Origin: a virus
Taxonomy: Duplodnaviria > Heunggongvirae > Uroviricota > Caudoviricetes
Strand: one strand, 5' to 3'
Length of the DNA stretch: 7,478 nucleotides
Virus record (IMG/VR): IMGVR_UViG_2623620492_000002
Location: 1 to 7,478 of that record
Both the position numbers and the translations under genes were made by a program. Below are positions 6,022 to 7,478 of the stretch, one piece after another (position 1 is the stretch's first letter; each line of letters starts with the position of its first letter). The notes under the pieces are model-generated. The model had not been told where the DNA came from and made no database searches. It worked only from the letters and a program-made list of their open reading frames with translations.

Positions 6022-6030
6022 AAAAAGAAA

Positions 6031-6049
6031 GCCTGCATAACGTGCAGGC
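6031..6049. other. Perfect 7-bp stem hairpin between the RacC-like and RecE-like genes; looks like a minus-strand terminator
   Basis: GCCTGCA (6031-6037), loop TAACG, TGCAGGC (6043-6049). The plus strand has an A-tract upstream (AAAAAAGAAA 6021-6030) and no U-tract downstream, so the U-tract follows the hairpin only on the minus strand. Confidence 0.4.
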
Positions 6050-6119
6050 CTGAGTGAAGAACCTGGGACATTTATTCATCACTCGCAGTAATTTTAATCT
6101 GAGTTGAGGTTAAAAAACA

Positions 6120-7478
6120 ATGAGCACAAAACCACTCTTCCTGTTACGAAAAGCGAAAAAATCATCCGGTGAACCTGACGTCGTCCTGTGGGCAAGTGAC
6201 GATTTTGAATCGACCTGTGCCACTCTGGACTATCTGCTCGTTAAGTCAGGTAAAAAACTGAGCAACTATTTTAAAGCTGTTGCCACAAATTTTCCTGTTG
6301 TTAATGACCTTCCCCCTGAAGGTGAGATCGATTTTACCTGGAGTGAACGCTATCAACTCAGCAAAGACTCCATGACATGGGAACTAAAACCGGGAGCAGC
6401 GCCAGACGACGTTCACCACCAGGATAATGCTCAAGAAACCAAAGAACTGGCGGGAGGCCAGGAAGAAAACGCGCAGGCAGACGCCCACGAGGATTGCCAG
6501 GATTGCGAAGTCTCTGTAGCCACTTTGCGGTTCACACAGCGTCTTCTGCACATTTTTACGTATGCGGCCGGGGATCGGAAATACCTGCATCATGCCACCC
6601 GAGAACAACGCGAACACATTACTGCTCTTGAGATGGATCAGGAAAACAGCTATGTCCAGAATCTGCTGTTGGCCATACGCAGCATGGCAGAACCGACAAC
6701 TCTGGATAATGCCGCCCTGCTCCGCTTGACTGATGCAATTAAGGCAGTTTTCTCTATCACTAAAAAACATCAGCCCTATGAATTTAAGAATTTCATTTCA
6801 GCCTGGCTGGATACCGAACACATTGATCGCGGTCTTCTGACAAAAGAATGGCGAAAAGGGAATCGTGTTTCACGCATCACTCGCACGGCTTCCGGTGCTA
6901 ATGCTGGCGGCGGGAACCTCACAGATCGCGGCGAAGGTTTCGTCCACGATCTGACGTCACTGGCGCGCGATGTAGCCACTGGCGTACTGGCCCGTTCAAT
7001 GGACGTGGACATCTATAACCTTCATCCGGCACACGCTAAACGCATTGAGGAAATTATCGCTGAAAATAAACCACCCTTTTCTGTTTTCCGCGACAAATTC
7101 ATCACCATGCCTGGCGGGCTGGATTATTCCCGCGCCATCGTGGTTGCGTCCGTGAAAGAAGCACCAATTGGGATCGAGGTCATCCCCGCACACGTCACTG
7201 AATATCTGAACAAAGTACTGACTGAAACCGATCATGCCAACCCTGATCCGGAAATCGTGGATATTGCCTGCGGTCGCTCCTCGGCCCCGATGCCGCAGCG
7301 AGTAACAGAAGAAGGAAAACAGGACGATGAAGAAAAACCACAACCATCTGGCGCAATGGCAGATGAACAGGCAACGGCTGAAACAGTGGAACCGAATGCA
7401 ACTGCAAAATGGCATCTGAATCGATCGCAGTTTGGCATTCGAATCGATCATGATTTGGCATCCATCTCCGATCACAGT
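6120..7478 (+). CDS. recE: Exodeoxyribonuclease VIII (RecE-like), N-terminal 453 codons; CDS continues beyond the window
   Basis: Absent from the ORF track (no stop in window). ATG 6120, open in frame to 7478. N-terminus [96 protein letters not shown] and the later block [48 protein letters not shown] match my recollection of Rac RecE. All minus-strand track ORFs inside it are antisense artefacts. Confidence 0.8.
   Translation, partial: MSTKPLFLLRKAKKSSGEPDVVLWASDDFESTCATLDYLLVKSGKKLSNYFKAVATNFPVVNDLPPEGEIDFTWSERYQLSKDSMTWELKPGAAPDDVHHQDNAQETKELAGGQEENAQADAHEDCQDCEVSVATLRFTQRLLHIFTYAAGDRKYLHHATREQREHITALEMDQENSYVQNLLLAIRSMAEPTTLDNAALLRLTDAIKAVFSITKKHQPYEFKNFISAWLDTEHIDRGLLTKEWRKGNRVSRITRTASGANAGGGNLTDRGEGFVHDLTSLARDVATGVLARSMDVDIYNLHPAHAKRIEEIIAENKPPFSVFRDKFITMPGGLDYSRAIVVASVKEAPIGIEVIPAHVTEYLNKVLTETDHANPDPEIVDIACGRSSAPMPQRVTEEGKQDDEEKPQPSGAMADEQATAETVEPNATAKWHLNRSQFGIRIDHDLASISDHS

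Noticed and set aside
6384-7475. Five minus-strand track ORFs (6384..6770, 6776..7012, 6996..7475, 7195..7461, 7232..7438)
   Set aside because: All lie antisense inside the long, recognisable RecE-like frame; their products are low-complexity and Cys/Phe/Ser-rich, typical of antisense artefacts.
1-7478. CRISPR arrays, tRNA/rRNA genes, IS elements, integrase or attachment sites
   Set aside because: No spacer-repeat periodicity, no cloverleaf-compatible segments, no transposase-like ORF or terminal inverted repeats were seen; the window appears internal to the prophage.

Overview
This window reads as the immunity and early-gene core of a lambdoid (Rac/Qin-like) enterobacterial prophage; all identifications are from reading the sequence and from memory of the protein families, with no searches run. 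The centre is a divergent switch: a Cro-like HTH gene (3477-3752, minus) and a cI/RacR-like repressor (3857-4321, plus) around a 104-bp control region. The leftward (minus) arm carries a YdaT-like (CII-analog) gene, a lambda O-like initiator with an internal origin-like repeat cluster, a lambda P-like helicase loader and a partial winged-helix gene. The rightward (plus) arm starts after an intrinsic terminator and a PL-like promoter, then carries two small ORFs, a DicF-like sRNA, a KilR-sized ORF, a 58-aa Cys-rich ORF, a RacC-sized ORF and the N-terminal 453 codons of a RecE-like exonuclease. The most interesting candidate is a self-contained opposite-strand cassette at 2350-2923 (perfect -10, AGGAGG SD, 151-aa ORF with no family I recognise, GC hairpin) embedded in the replication operon. 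No tRNA, rRNA, CRISPR array or IS element was seen.
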